Of a stretch of DNA of 64,000 nucleotides, positions 14,201 through 27,523 are shown piece by piece. The number at the start of each line of letters is the position of its first letter. The stretch's first letter is position 1. A model generated the notes under the pieces. That model saw only the letters and a list, made by a program, of their open reading frames with translations. It had not been told where the DNA came from and made no database searches. The position numbers and the translations under genes are program-made. Origin of the DNA: Paragordius varius (lineage: Eukaryota; Animalia; Nematomorpha); NCBI GenBank assembly GCA_964247055.1, contig OZ176052.1, positions 11,594,001 through 11,658,000 on the forward strand, written 5' to 3'.

Positions 14201-17200
14201 TATAATGTTCCCAATTATGGCTCATTCTCATATTGTGGACTTAAGGGTAAAAATATGATTATTTAAAAGTTAACATTGTCAGATTATTTATATTGTATGT
14301 ATCCTGTTAATAAGTATCTCGATTATTTATTTCAAATTTTTTTCCATAAATATGTATATTGAAGGGCATCTAGTAATAACAATTACTAGTTATAAGATTG
14401 TTTTATAATTAATATAATTTTCATATTGCAATCTTTTATATATTGTAAGAATATAATGTCCAAAGCATTTTGCACTATTACTTATCAATTAATAATAAAA
14501 TGATTTTGAAATAATTTGATTTTGTAGACACAATTATATATATTTCAACATTAATCAATATGTTTGTTTTTCCTTTTTTATTAGAAACATTCAATTACCT
14601 AGGTACTATACATATTATATAAAACATTTTAAAATCCTTTGCACAGGTATGTGTGAGATTTTGAAGGACATTCGCATAAATAACGATTTGGGACATCCGA
14701 TGTGTGAGAATTTACGAAAGGGGGATTGGATGATGACATACATAGCTGACCGTTTAAAACAAAACCCACACACCTTTAAAGTTTATTCTAATTCCTATAC
14801 ATAATTATCTTTTTGGACTGTATTTGAAATCACTTTAAACAAATTAAACAAGTGGTTTAATGAATATATTTTTAACCATCCCAAATATATCAATTTGTCT
14901 TATTAATCAGTAATTAACGACTTTTTTTATTAAGTTTTAACAAAGTCTAATTTGATATTTTTGATGTGCCATTCAGATTGGTGAATGGTTTGGTGAGGCA
15001 TTTGATCAACTTTCCCAAATTCCACGATACTTGATTCCTTTCTACTTTGAAGCGATTGTCAATGGTGCTTATCGTGTCATTATAGACACAACTACCAAAT
15101 CATCATCAAAGTTTATAATTTATCTTTAATGAAACCTAAACCAAAAGAGAAATATTCATTTGAAAAATAAAACACCAAACATTTTCAAGCCTTAATTTTT
15201 TAGATATTAATTATCGTTTTAAATAACAAAATAAATATTAAAAATGTAAATTAATAATACATATTTCATGATTGTAAGAATTTAGTTTATGTATATTATG
15301 TCAAGGTTTTATAAAGTTTGACTGTCTTTATTTTGCTTATATCTTTATAATTTCGATTACTGTTGTTAGAGGTATATATTTATAACGAATACGGTTAAAT
15401 ATAATGGTTTAGATTTCGGTTTCAAAAATTTTTTTTATTTAGTTTCGGTTTTTTTAGTGAGAAGCTAAAGTTTCTTTTTGCGCAATGCTTTGAAAAATGA
15501 ATATACAAAAGCATTAAAAAATAAGGCGTCATTGCGTAAAAACTTAACAAAAACAAAAAATTAATTATATAAAAACCCCTTGAATCTAAAGTTGAACGAA
15601 TACGAAACAGTTTATAAACCTTTTTTGGTTTAAAGCTTTAAAAAATATTATTGGGTTTTTTCTACACATACGGTTGAGATATTTATTATCTTAACGTCAT
15701 TTCTTATACAGAGTTTTTATTCATTATATTTTGATGATATATGCACTGCATTTTTGATAATAAAAAACTCAAAGATAAGGCCTTATAATTAAAAATATAG
15801 GTTCCAAACCAACAAATTTATGCAATTTTTTAAAGTGTTTATCTTTTTGATGGAAAAATAGATTTATTGAATATGGGAGTCCATTTGCCAAAGATTTAGC
15901 TTTGTGTGCAATAGCCCTTGTTGGCCAAGTCAAATCATCGCCACTGCCAGCCCTTACAAAGGATCCTGAAAGCGAAAAAATTGAACAACTTTTTCCTTCC
16001 ATATCTGCAGGTAATATATTCACATAGAAAGCATAATTTATTTTTTATATTATTGTAGAAAAAATAGAGCGTAAATTATGCAAAATTATGGCTAAGTTTC
16101 TGTAATTTGAATACTAGGGGTCAATTTTTGAAAATTACTTTAGACTTTGGACTTTGTATGCATATTAGGGTTGGATATATGGTAAATGTTACTCAACATC
16201 TTTTCACAATCCCATATTATATTGGCTATATCGAAATATATTGGATTTGAAAATATAGTTGGCATTATGAAAAAGGGATACACTATTAGTTTTTAAATTT
16301 ACGGCGTTTTAAAAAAAATCTGTTTTACAAATAAAAATAGGTTTAAAATAAAATTTGTCCAATAATGTTTTATAGAAGTTACTTATATTAAATATTTTTT
16401 ATCCTATTAAAGGTCTTCCGCACTTTTCCGAAGGTCTCTTTCGATCTTGGGGTCGTGATACTTTTATCAGCCTGAGAGGAATGTTGCTATTAACTGGTCG
16501 CTTCGAGGAAGCAAAGTATTTAATTATATGTTAATAACACTAAAATTTAAACAAAAGCTTGTTGATTTATATTTAAAGTCTCAAATCCGAAATAAAACTA
16601 TTTTATCTCTAAAAAGTTAACATATTAAAATTTTTATTTTTGGGGATAATTATATTTACATTTGTTATATATTGGGGTTAAGTGACAATCAATTATATAT
16701 TTATTTTGTATTCAACATACTAATTACATCTACTAAAAACAATAACGATGTGAAAATATGGTGTTTTTATAAAAAATGCAACAGTTTTTTTGTCGGCCAG
16801 ATAGAAAACCTCAGTTTTCAGTATGATTACTTTCAGTACAAAATATATCAATTTTTCGAAAATATTTTTTTTGATAGACATATTATCCTGGCGTATGGAA
16901 GTTCAATGAGACACGGTCTTATACCCAACCTTGTGGGTGATGGACGCGTTGCTCGTTATAATTGTCGGGATGCTATTTGGTGGTGGCTTCAATCCATACA
17001 AGATTATTGTGAAACCTTGAATTACATTAAAGTAATTTTAAATTTTATAAATGAGTGATTTAAGTATGTTTGCACTAATAGATAAATATAAAGTTGATTA
17101 TATATTTTCATATAAAATCAAATATAAACATGTTATTTATATTGTGAGAAGTTTTATGATTTTGTGTGAGAAACACCATTTTATACATGCCAATTTTAAA

Positions 17201-18552
17201 TATAATAACTTAATTAATTGTAATTATTACTAGGTAACGGTAACACAAAAGAAAGCATCGACAAACATTTGGGAAGCAAACAATGCTTTGGGTAGACTGC
17301 CTGAAAATTATGAATTATTGAAAACTAAACTAACTCGCATGTATCCTGCCGATGACTCCCCTCCCCAAGAACCGGGAAAATTTGTAACAAACTACAGTTT
17401 AAATAAAATTTAGCTTGCCTTACAAAATTTTTACAAAAAAAATTAATATGATAAGTTACAACATACATCACGGAATCTAATTTTTTGGTAAAGAGTCGAA
17501 ACTTTAATAGTAAAAAAATGACAATAATTATTTTAACTTGATCTTTTTTTAATACCTTAAATACGGGTTCGTTTGGTTAGTTTTAAAGAATATAAAAAAG
17601 TAAAATTGTAAAAATATATAGTTGACCTATTAATCTGAAGAACATTGTTTATGGGGATCTTTATTTGAAAAAATTTGCAATACAAATAATTGACATACAA
17701 TTGAATTAATTTTCGTTGATAGATGCAACCGTTGTGTGATATGATACATGAAAGTTTAACTAAACACGCTCAAGGCCTTAAATTTAGAGAGAGGAATGCA
17801 GGTCCCGCCATTGACAACAATATGTCTGATTTAGGTGGTTTTACATGTTATTTAATAATTGCGAATCTATTTATGAATTCTGGGGTATATATCTCACAAG
17901 TGTAATACTCTAGTTTTCTCAATAGCCTTCGCGGTATGCATTTTTTAAATAAACAGTACCGTAAAAATAATTTTTTATTTATGATTCGTATCAGGCTTTT
18001 TTAACATTTTTATATTGGTGTTATTTTTAATGTACAGTAGCTTAAAGTGGTTTGATGTTTTTACAAGCTATCATAATGAATGAATAATATTTTTTATCTA
18101 TATCAAAATTTTTAAATATTGTTTAAAATTAGTCCAGGAGTATAATGTTTCATTTCTTAGATATGGGGTTGGATGAGGGTTTAACTGTAATCGTTCGCGA
18201 TATAAATATTTTTTGTTATACTTTAAATAATATTTATTCCCTTAGGTTTCAATAACAGTATTGGAGTTGATTGGAAAACAGGATTTGTAATTGGAGGAAA
18301 TCAATATAATTGTGGAACATGGATGGATAAAATGGGAAGCTCTCAATTGGCTGGGAATAAAGGTGTTCCTGCTACCCCACGGTTATTTTTATATGTTATA
18401 CCACACGTTTTATTGTAAACGTATTATAAAATTTATCTGAAGTTTTAGTTAATGCGAATTATTTAATTTTATAAATGTAAAATAATACTGACGAATAATC
18501 TATAAATGTTAAAATGTTGAGGTACCTTCCATATATATATATATATATATAA

Positions 18553-18597
<45 letters not shown>

Positions 18598-21500
18598 GAT
18601 GTTTAAAAAGGCTATAATCTTGTAACAATATTATCGTTCTTAAAATTTCATATGTAATTTTATTTTTTAAATTATTATTTTTGTTTGAAGAGATGGGTCA
18701 GCCGTAGAAATCGTGGCTTTATGCAAAAGTGCTTTGAGATGGCTCATAAAAATGAAAGAACTTGGATTTTATCCTTATGACACGGTTAATCGAACAGATC
18801 CACTTTCTGCCGGTATGGTTTTACGTTCATTTTGTGAAAATAATTTAGAAAACAGATATTTTTCCGAATTAATTAAATTGTTTAAATATTGGCTAAGATA
18901 CGAAAAGAATCAATATTAATGATTAAAATTTTACCATCCAACTGGCTTCCGAACATTTTATGTTAACATTAAACAGCTTCATATGTCATTATCTCAATCA
19001 AAAGGGAATATTAAAACCACAGAATTTTTATTATAAAAAATAGTCAGTCGTCCAATTTTAAAAGCTGCTCATTTAATATAAAATAACTTTGATTTTGAGT
19101 CATTTACGCCTTATATTTTTATTATATTTTTAGAAGCCCAAAATTTAACAGCCAAAGACAAAACTATTACACTAAAGGCTTGGGATGAATTAATTTCCCA
19201 AAACTTTGAACGACATTACTGGATTCAACCGCTAGAAAAGTTTGTCCTTGAAGGCGAAGAAATTATCGATAATGATGGTCGTCGAAGACCCAGTGTTGGT
19301 ATATAAACCTTTAAAAAATCTTATTTTTTTGTTATATCAAAATTATTTTTTTACCTTTATTATGCATGGGTATATATATATATATATAAAATTGTAAATT
19401 TAAGTAATCATAGACATATTAGTCGTTTTGTTCAAATATACTTATACCTTACATCTTAATTATAAGATAATATGAATTGTACATGCACATGGGTAAAATT
19501 TGTAATATAATCATTTACAAAAGTTACAGAATTTCACATTTCAATAATGTAAATGTGATATTTGGCTATCCTAATGCGAAAAAAATAATTTATTATCAAA
19601 TCAACTAGATGTCATCATTTATTTCCTCATAAATTTCCATAATTAATAACGACAATTTATTTATAGTAACTCAGGATCCAAGTAAACTGCCATCCTCACC
19701 CCTTCCCATACGTGAACTCGTTAAAAAGGACGATGGTGCGTGCATTTGTGCAGATGATGTTGAATCCAACAAATATATAAATCGCAGAGCAATCTATAAG
19801 GATACTCATGGCTCCAGTCAACCATGGACCGATTATCAATTGAGATGCAATTTCCCTGTTGCTATGGTCGTTGTAAGAGCTCTCTATTCCAATTTTATAC
19901 ATGTTTTTTAGAGTTTTTTAAGGTCGTTTATTGTATATAGTCAAACTTTTTTATGCGTTCTTTTTTGTAAGTAACCCCTTTTTATTTTTTTAAAAAGCTA
20001 TTATATTTCTTAACCTAATTGTGTATTTTTTGTTGACAATGATCCTTCTGTATAAATTAAGTTTTAAGGGAGACTCAAATACATTTATTATGACGCATTT
20101 TTAATTAAAAGTGTTTATTTATATTTTGTGAATATTGTATATTTATATTTGTTTGTTTATTCTCATTTAAGGCACCCGAATTATTTAACTCCGAAAACGC
20201 TTGGAAAGCTTTGAAAATAGTTGAAGATGTTCTTTTAGGCCCTCTGGGGATAAAGACGCTTGACCCATCGTAAGATAATCGAACTTTAGTTATATATACC
20301 ATTTACAGTTCAAATTCACCCTTGAATTTAAATTTACCCTTGAACAATTCAAATTCACCCACTAACAATTTAAATTCACCCTTAAACAATTTAAATTCAC
20401 CCTAAAAATTAATTATGTGTTTTCGAACTAAAATAACTCATTATTAATAAGAAATATATCTTTGTGGCATAGTTTATTATTTTTTCAGTATTATTTTAAT
20501 TTAAAACAAAATATTTTATTTTTTAAAAATATATAAAAATATTGGTAATTTTTATTCTAAAAACATATATTTTATTTGAGGGTGAATTTGAATTGTTTAA
20601 GGGTGAATTTGAATTGTTCAAGGGTGAATTTGAATTGTTCAAAGGTGAATTTGAATTGTTCAAGGGTGAATTTGTTTAAAGGTGAATTTGAATTGTTTAA
20701 GGGTGAATTTGAATTATAAATGGTATATTAACTAACATTGAAACAGTAGCAACAATAAAAAAATTTAAGTTTTAACTTGTAAAATATCGATTTTCTAATA
20801 TAAATTCTTTTACAGGCTTGTTTTTATATCTTTGTATAAACGGGTCTACAATTTTTAATTTATGCTTCATGTATATTTATATTTTATTTTAATTCTTAAG
20901 GGATTGGGCTTACAACGGATTCTATGATAATGACAATAATTCTAATGATTACAAAATTGCTCATGGATTTAATTACCATCAAGGGCCGGTAACACTTTTT
21001 CTATTTTTATACACAATTTCAATTGTAAAAATAAATATCTCAATGTTCGCTTAGGAATGGTTATGGCCAGTCGGATATTTTTATCGTGCAAAATTGTATT
21101 TTGCACAAAAGTTACAAAAAACGGATCCACATTTATATGTGCACACCATACATTGGATTAAGGAAAAATTGGCACCCCATTATGAGGTTTGAATGTCATT
21201 AAAATATTTAAACTATACCTTTATAATAATACGCATTAAAAATGGGAAAGACGGGAACCTAGAATTTTATATGTGTAAAATTCAATACTAAATATCCGTC
21301 ATTTTCTCCAAATATTATCATATTTTTTATATAACTTATGTGATTTGAGTAATTTTTCATTAACCTAATTATATATGTAGAAAGAGAAATCAAGAAAAAA
21401 AATAGAATGTATTGATTACCTTATAAAGTTACAGTTTAGACCACTTTCCACATTTTATATCATTTTATACAGATTTGTTTTTATAAAATAAATGAACTAT

Positions 21501-21796
21501 TTTATCTAATGCAATTTAATCGTAATTAAATATGTGTTTAATCATTACGCAAAATGAAGCCTAACTATTTGAATAATTTTATTTTATATTATTAATATTA
21601 GATGTTAAAAAAGGCACCTTGGTACGGACTCCCTGAGTTAACGCAAGAAAATGGGCGAGAATGTATTTTTGGGTGCTATATACAGGCTTGGAGTACTTCA
21701 GCTATATTAGAAACATTGTTTGACATGCGAACTTACAGCATAATAAACCCTGACAATATTGTTGAAACAAATATTCCAAAGGATAGATTAATTTAA
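2203..21796 (+). CDS. AGL: Glycogen debranching enzyme (4-alpha-glucanotransferase / amylo-1,6-glucosidase), 38 exons, ~1918 aa
   Basis: Phase-consistent GT-AG chain: 2203-2311, 2340-2613, 2691-2762, 2950-3165, 3421-3761, 4163-4330, 4773-4941, 5804-5945, 6472-6580, 7122-7363, 7794-7924, 8470-8638, 9341-9502, 9941-10064, 10576-10739, 10874-10975, 11411-11498, 11583-11650, 12009-12165, 13024-13279, 13537-13701, 13791-13895, 14101-14246, 14647-14780, 14977-15110, 15862-16010, 16413-16515, 16878-17031, 17234-17383, 17723-17834, 18246-18381, 18691-18812, 19134-19298, 19667-19872, 20172-20269, 20901-20988, 21055-21186, 21602-21796 (5757 nt). Hallmark motifs: [88 protein letters not shown]. The exon 21/22 junction is ambiguous (alternative 13679|13799). 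Confidence 0.97.
4981..5091. mobile_element. 111-bp minimal foldback/MITE derivative (CCATTT family, related to the element at 47720-49247), in AGL intron 7
   Basis: TATA|CCATTTTTCA ... GATGAAAATGG|TATA. Internal AAAAATGTTGCATTTAATTGAAAAA matches the 21-bp unit of the 47720-49247 element, with a degenerate reverse-complement copy on the left. Confidence 0.7.
12517..12985. mobile_element. Non-autonomous TIR element (MITE, family C) in AGL intron 19
   Basis: TTAA on both flanks; ~35-bp subterminal inverted repeats (TTCGATTCAAATTGGGGTAGTTAAATACCCCAG versus CAGGGGTATTTAGATACCCAAATTGAATCGAA); homologous along its length to the inverted copy at 43910-44623. Confidence 0.75.
18531..18592. repeat. 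Interrupted (TA)n microsatellite in AGL intron 31
   Basis: (AT)10, AAATG, then ~18 more TA units, read directly. Confidence 0.95.
20299..20723. mobile_element. 425-bp foldback MITE (CCATTT family, subtype A) with 21-bp tandem arrays in both arms, in AGL intron 35
   Basis: TATA|CCATTTACAGTTCAAATTCACCC ... GGGTGAATTTGAATTATAAATGG|TATA. About 5 units on the left and 7 on the right of AAGGGTGAATTTGAATTGTTC in inverted orientation, with a ~175-bp AT-rich spacer. Confidence 0.9.
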
Positions 21797-23508
21797 CATA
21801 TCCAAAATTATGTTTTAGCGTTTAATAATTTACAATTAATCATTACTAATAGGTGTAAAAACATATTTTATAATTTAAGAAATGCAATTGTATATATTTT
21901 ACTCTAAAGAATACTACTTATAATTTAAGTTTATATATAGAGTGCAATGTTAATACAAATTTATTATCTGTCCATAGAATATTATATAAAAGATATTAAA
22001 ATAAAATTAAATAATTAGTTATAAAATTAAATTTGGCCATGTGATATATATATATATATATTTTAGTCAATTAATATATAACCTGTACATGAAAAATATT
22101 GAATGTATATAATAATTCAAAATTATCAATAAATTGTTTGATATTAATTTATGATTCTCCTAATTTCTTGATTGATTGATTTGCATTTATTCGATATCTT
22201 TGCCATTGATTGCGATTAATGTTAGGTTACATAGCTTTTTAATAACTTTCATCCGTCTTTTCATTGGTCCCTTGTGCTATACATTCTATAATTATTAATA
22301 AAACATTTTTTTTCCTTCCCATTTGCACTCATAACATGCGCAAAAAAGACTATTTTATTTTATACTCTTCAATAGATTCCTTCTGGTTTGTTTGCAATCA
22401 AAACCTTGTCAATACTAATTTTATTATACCATTTATCTGTGATAACCTCCTCCACAGCCGTTAGCTTGAAAGCGTTTAAAGCCATTTTATTTGCTTATTT
22501 TACGGATGGACTATATAAGTTACTCAATTTTTATATTTGCAATTTATATTTTAGAACCAATAAAATTATATCGGTCATATTTCTTAAACCGATTTGCCTG
22601 ATAAAAACATTATCCTTGGGCTGATCATGCGTTTACTAGTATAAAAGAGACTGCTTCAAAAGGCGGAGCAATACCCATAAAACATATAACCTGATTTGGG
22701 AGGCTCTAAATTGTCCAAAATAAAAAACTCTAATTAAGAAGATTTGCTACGCCACTAGCTTCCAACACACAATATTTAAGTAATTTTGGATAAAAATGCG
22801 AAGTTATTAATTGTCATATGATTTTTAAACAACTTAATCAGAAATCCAACTTAAAAATTTTATATATTAATAATTTTGCATTTACAGAATATTCAAAGGA
22901 ATCTTTGAGTATTTACATAATATGAGTAACAGCCCCTTCTTACTAACGTTTGATTTTATATTAGCAATAAATAAAATTTCACATCTCTTTTATTTTTTGT
23001 CTTTGGTGAATACCGCTGTCAATATCTTTGCAATCTAGCCAAAAATACCCTAAAAGGCAGAAATAATTTTTTTAATTGGTGCAAAGCCTTAATAAATTAA
23101 AGAACAAGGTTTAAATAATTTTTTAGCATTACTTACTCGGAAAATATTATATATAACACAACATTAGTTGGTAAATCATCCGTACTCTAATAGTTACGCT
23201 TGTCATTTATTAAATGCGATGTTTTATTTTAACTCACAAATTTTCGATATAATTTTAAATTTTTTATCAAAGCTCAAAGCATGGTAGGCAAAATAATAAA
23301 AAACATTATTTACTCACAATCACCAATTTTAATATTTAAAATGTATTAATTATTGTCTGCTAACACAATGACCTAATACCTCTAATAGTTATTAATAAGC
23401 ATGTTATCAAAAAGATTAGTGTATAATATAAAAAAATGATAATTAACGTCTAAAGTATTTGCATAAAAAAGATTTAGACTTTATTTATTGAGCGTTTTTT
23501 AGAAAGTA

Positions 23509-24791
23509 TCATAAATGTGTTTCTAAGCCAACTTGTCCATGGTAGGTGTATTGTCGCGAATTTTTTAAACCATATACCACGCAAGCACCTAAAGCGCTTC
23601 TTCGTATGTTCATATTACTGCAAGTGCTCCATCGATTTTCTTCCGGATCATATTTTTCCATCAACGAAATCGTTGTATTGCCTAAAAAAATAATCATTTT
23701 CAAATGTTGATTATGGATATTATAGATTGTTTGCCTTAATTTTAACATTAAACTGTCATATATTTGACAGCTAAAATGCAATTTAAAACCTAGATATTAT
23801 CATTTGCTAGAATGTGTTGAATCATACGTATGTTTTACAAGTTTTTATTTCATTTGGGCTATATTTAATGCTAAGGGTATTAAGGGAGGCTTAAATTTGT
23901 TTCTTTAACGAAATTCATTCAAATTAGGCAAACAATGTTGCATAGATACTTTGACTAAATTTGGAGTTGGCCAGTCGCAAAAATTTGAAGTTGTACAAAA
24001 CATTATAAAATCTTACAGTAAATATGAATTTATACGGACAAAACGCAAAAATATAAAGATATTATTTTCTAAAATAAATCCATACTTTTTAATCTTGATT
24101 TTTTTAATATGGCTCATTCTTTTAAACTTTAAAGTATAGAATAGAGATGTATGCCAGTAACACTATCAATTACGTATTTTACGATTGTTATTAAATGACT
24201 TTAATAGGATAAATTAAGGTTTGAGAAAGTATGGTTGTCTTTTGAAAAAAAATTGTCTTTATATTTTTACATTTTTTCCGTATAATTTCAATTTTTAGTG
24301 TACTTTCCAAAATTAAAAAAAATAACACAAACAGTCATTTGAACGTTTACAGTAGATTATTAAAATATTGGATAGTACAAGTCAACAGAAGTGAAAATGA
24401 CCTGTACTATAAATATTCCGATTGCAAAATAGCGTAAACTGAATCGCAACAATGGCTACTAAGTCATCAAGAATCTAATGTCCATCGACATTGAAAAATG
24501 GGTAAAATGATAAAAATTCTCCAAGTTAATGCGATTTACTACCATTATGCACTCAAGCCATAGAAAAAACGGCCAGTGTATAAGAAAGAAATGATAAAAT
24601 ATGTCAGGATGATAATAATGGCCCGTTTTTTGCAAAAAAACTATATAGCATGTACATAAAATATTTGTGAATAGAGGGGGTTACCCTCGAAAAAAAGCGA
24701 GTTTCCGATTTAAACACTAAATGTTACACAAACCAGGCATTATCATTTAAAAGATATGATTATCATAAAAAATGACATTTATAAGAAAAAA

Positions 24792-24844
<53 letters not shown>

Positions 24845-27523
24845 AAAAACTAAAAGGAAAATTTAAACCAATGAATTAAATTATTTAATTATTAGACCAG
24901 AACCACCCAAAATAATACCATTGAATCCTCCGATAGCATAAAGTGTTCCTTCCATTTGTAACAGCGTAAAATTACTCCTTGGACAAATCATATTAGCTAT
25001 TTCTCTCCACTCATCCGTAACAGGATCATAACATTCACCTTAAAAATTAGAACTATATTATCTAAATTTTAAAGACTAGGTATTTATGCCAACAGTAGAA
25101 TGAAATTGATCGCTTCCAATGACTAAAAAAAAATCTAGTATTAATTGAAAATCAAAAAATAACCATACCTGAATGTAACCTTTGAGTTCCATTAAAGCCT
25201 CCAACTACATAAAGCAAGTTTTTATGGATAACACATCTGACGCCTGTTCTTGGTGACAGCATTTCTCTAATCAAAACCCATTGTTCAATGTTTGTATCAA
25301 AATATTCGGCAGTATTGGATATATCCTGTCCGTTAAAACCTCCGACGATGAAAACCTTATCTAAAAGGAGGAAAAATTGTAATTGTAGGATTTCTTATAT
25401 TTTATATGTTTTTAGGACACCGCTTACAATTTCTTATAAATTGGGAAAAATTATTCCACCCAGAAATGGACTGAAATATGAAAATAACGCATAGTTTTTA
25501 ACTATATATTGGGTTTATATCCAATTATAACGGCATCATATTTATGATTAGTTTTAGAAAAATTTACAGACAATAAAAAAAGTTAAAACGACATAATATA
25601 CCTTTGAGTGTTGCTGCACAAGCATCACTTCTTTCTCTGTGCATATTTCCTGGTAACATGGTCCATTGGTTTCTAGCAGGGTCATATCTCTCCCCACATG
25701 AAAGTCGGGAGATTCCATTGAATCCACCCAGCGCATAAATCTGTCCTTTACAAACTGTCACACTTACGTAACATCGGGGTTTATGCATAGGTGCTGCCAA
25801 AGACCATTCTTCCGTTTCTGCATCAAATTTCTGGACCATGTTAAAGTAATCGGTCCCGTCGTAACCGCCAATGACATAAATCAAGCTATTGACATAGACC
25901 ATCCCGTGATAAGCTGGGCGGACGGTTGTAAGATTCGTATCACTGCAAATGAACCATCGATCAGTCCGCGCATCGTAGGTCTCCATGAAATTTGTTGTGC
26001 TCCCAGTACTCCAACCACCCATGGCAAAAATTATTTCATAAGGGATGCTTGAAAACAGGAAGATATGTGTAAAAAAATTCTATGTTTGGATTAACCAATG
26101 TAAAATATAGGGCCCCTTCGAAAAGTTTTATTTCACAAATTACTTATCAGTTAATGCATTTTGTTTATTAAATTTAATTAATGTATCATAAATTTTAAGT
26201 CATTTATTTGAAAAATGGTTAACATCATATAAAACCCCACTTTACAACTCAGCCTCGTTAAAATTTACTATTACTAGTTCCGGTTGTACTTTTTCGGCCT
26301 GATGAAACTTAACAAAAATAACAGTGACTGAAACTGTTTGCCGGGACTTAATTATTACAGGATGGCGTGAACCAGTCCACCCATACCACCTTATCTCGCC
26401 ATTATAAAAAATGGTTTAAATTAACAAATAAATTTGTCAGTACAAAACAATATCGTTGTAAAATTTTAACAAAACGAAGTGGAATATACAAATGAAAGGC
26501 GTCGGCATCCGATATAAAAAAATTTAAACAAGGAAAAATTACATGTTTTACTTACCGAGGTCTTGAATATGTAAAGTTGAAACTTGTATCATTCGATTCG
26601 GTATTATTTGTTTGCAAATTTTTTGCATACTTTTGAGCTTCTAACATATAATTGCGACTAAAATCGGATCTTAGCGCTTCCAAATAGTATGGATTAGTCA
26701 TGAGCGTTTTTGAGCAATATTCGAAGGAGAGTAAACCAAGGCGTACACTTTTAATTAAATTTGCGCATAAAGATTTCCGTTCTTTCGGGCAACTGTGGAT
26801 CCAATTAATGAGACTTTCAAAAACGATTTGTTCATTTTTGACATTGAGTTCATCATCACTCAGCAAATCTATCATATCGTGTTCCTCAAGTTGTTTGAAT
26901 TCAAGCGAGGAGCGTACAGACATAAATTGACACAAAATATATTTACGAACTAGATCGGTAGTCGATTTCATGCCTGATTTTTTGCACAACTTATATATGC
27001 CTAAAGCATTTTCGGGTTCAATCGCGTTAAGTAAATAGTTACCACATTGGTTTAGTATATCTTGAATATGGAATTGATTGGCATAAATCACTAGGGACTG
27101 GCAATTCTCATGCGTAATCTCAAGTGGAAGCTTATGGGACTGTTTTATAAAATTTTGTATGACACAATCAGGCACATTTTTAAGCTGTAGTATGGGTATA
27201 TATTTGTCGTCACCATAAGCATTTCCTTTTACTCCAATGTCGGACGGTGTAATTCCATTCAATTTTTTATCTCTTCGAAGTTGTTTTGCTTTAGTGGTAG
27301 CAAGTTTACATAAAATCTCAAACACTGGGCTAATTGTTGCAAGAGCGACGATTGGGACACTGTGCAAAGTTCCATTACACGATTCTAATAAGATAAGGTT
27401 GTTAACATTGTTTGTTTCACATAATACTGGCAAAGACTCTTTTTTTCGTTTTTTATAGGTAGGGTTGTTAACATTTTTATATGATTCCTCGTTTACATTT
27501 AATGAAAAAACTTTTGAACTCAT
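23509..27523 (-). CDS. KLHL10: Kelch-like protein 10-like (BTB-BACK-6x kelch), 5 exons, ~632 aa
   Basis: Exons 27523-26556, 26047-25602, 25360-25169, 25038-24919, 23681-23509 (1899 nt, in phase). RPRIPYEIIFAMGGWS, YDARTDRW, RPAYHG, PRCYVSVTV, RSDACA, PRSNF and RRSALGACVVYGL match the KLHL10 subfamily pattern. Orthology versus other KLHLs is untested. Confidence 0.88.
24795..24840. repeat. (AT)23 microsatellite in the last KLHL10 intron
   Basis: Perfect dinucleotide run. Confidence 0.95.

Noticed and set aside
20299-20723. Regularly spaced short repeats superficially like a CRISPR array (also 47720-49247)
   Set aside because: The units are head-to-tail with no unique spacers, lie in inverted arms, have no cas genes nearby, and the context is eukaryotic.
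22100-22700. Short protein-like minus-strand frames (for example MALNAFKLTAVEEVITDKWYNKISIDK)
   Set aside because: No consistent exon chain or homology. Joining them needs arbitrary tiny introns, which shows how easily such gaps occur by chance.
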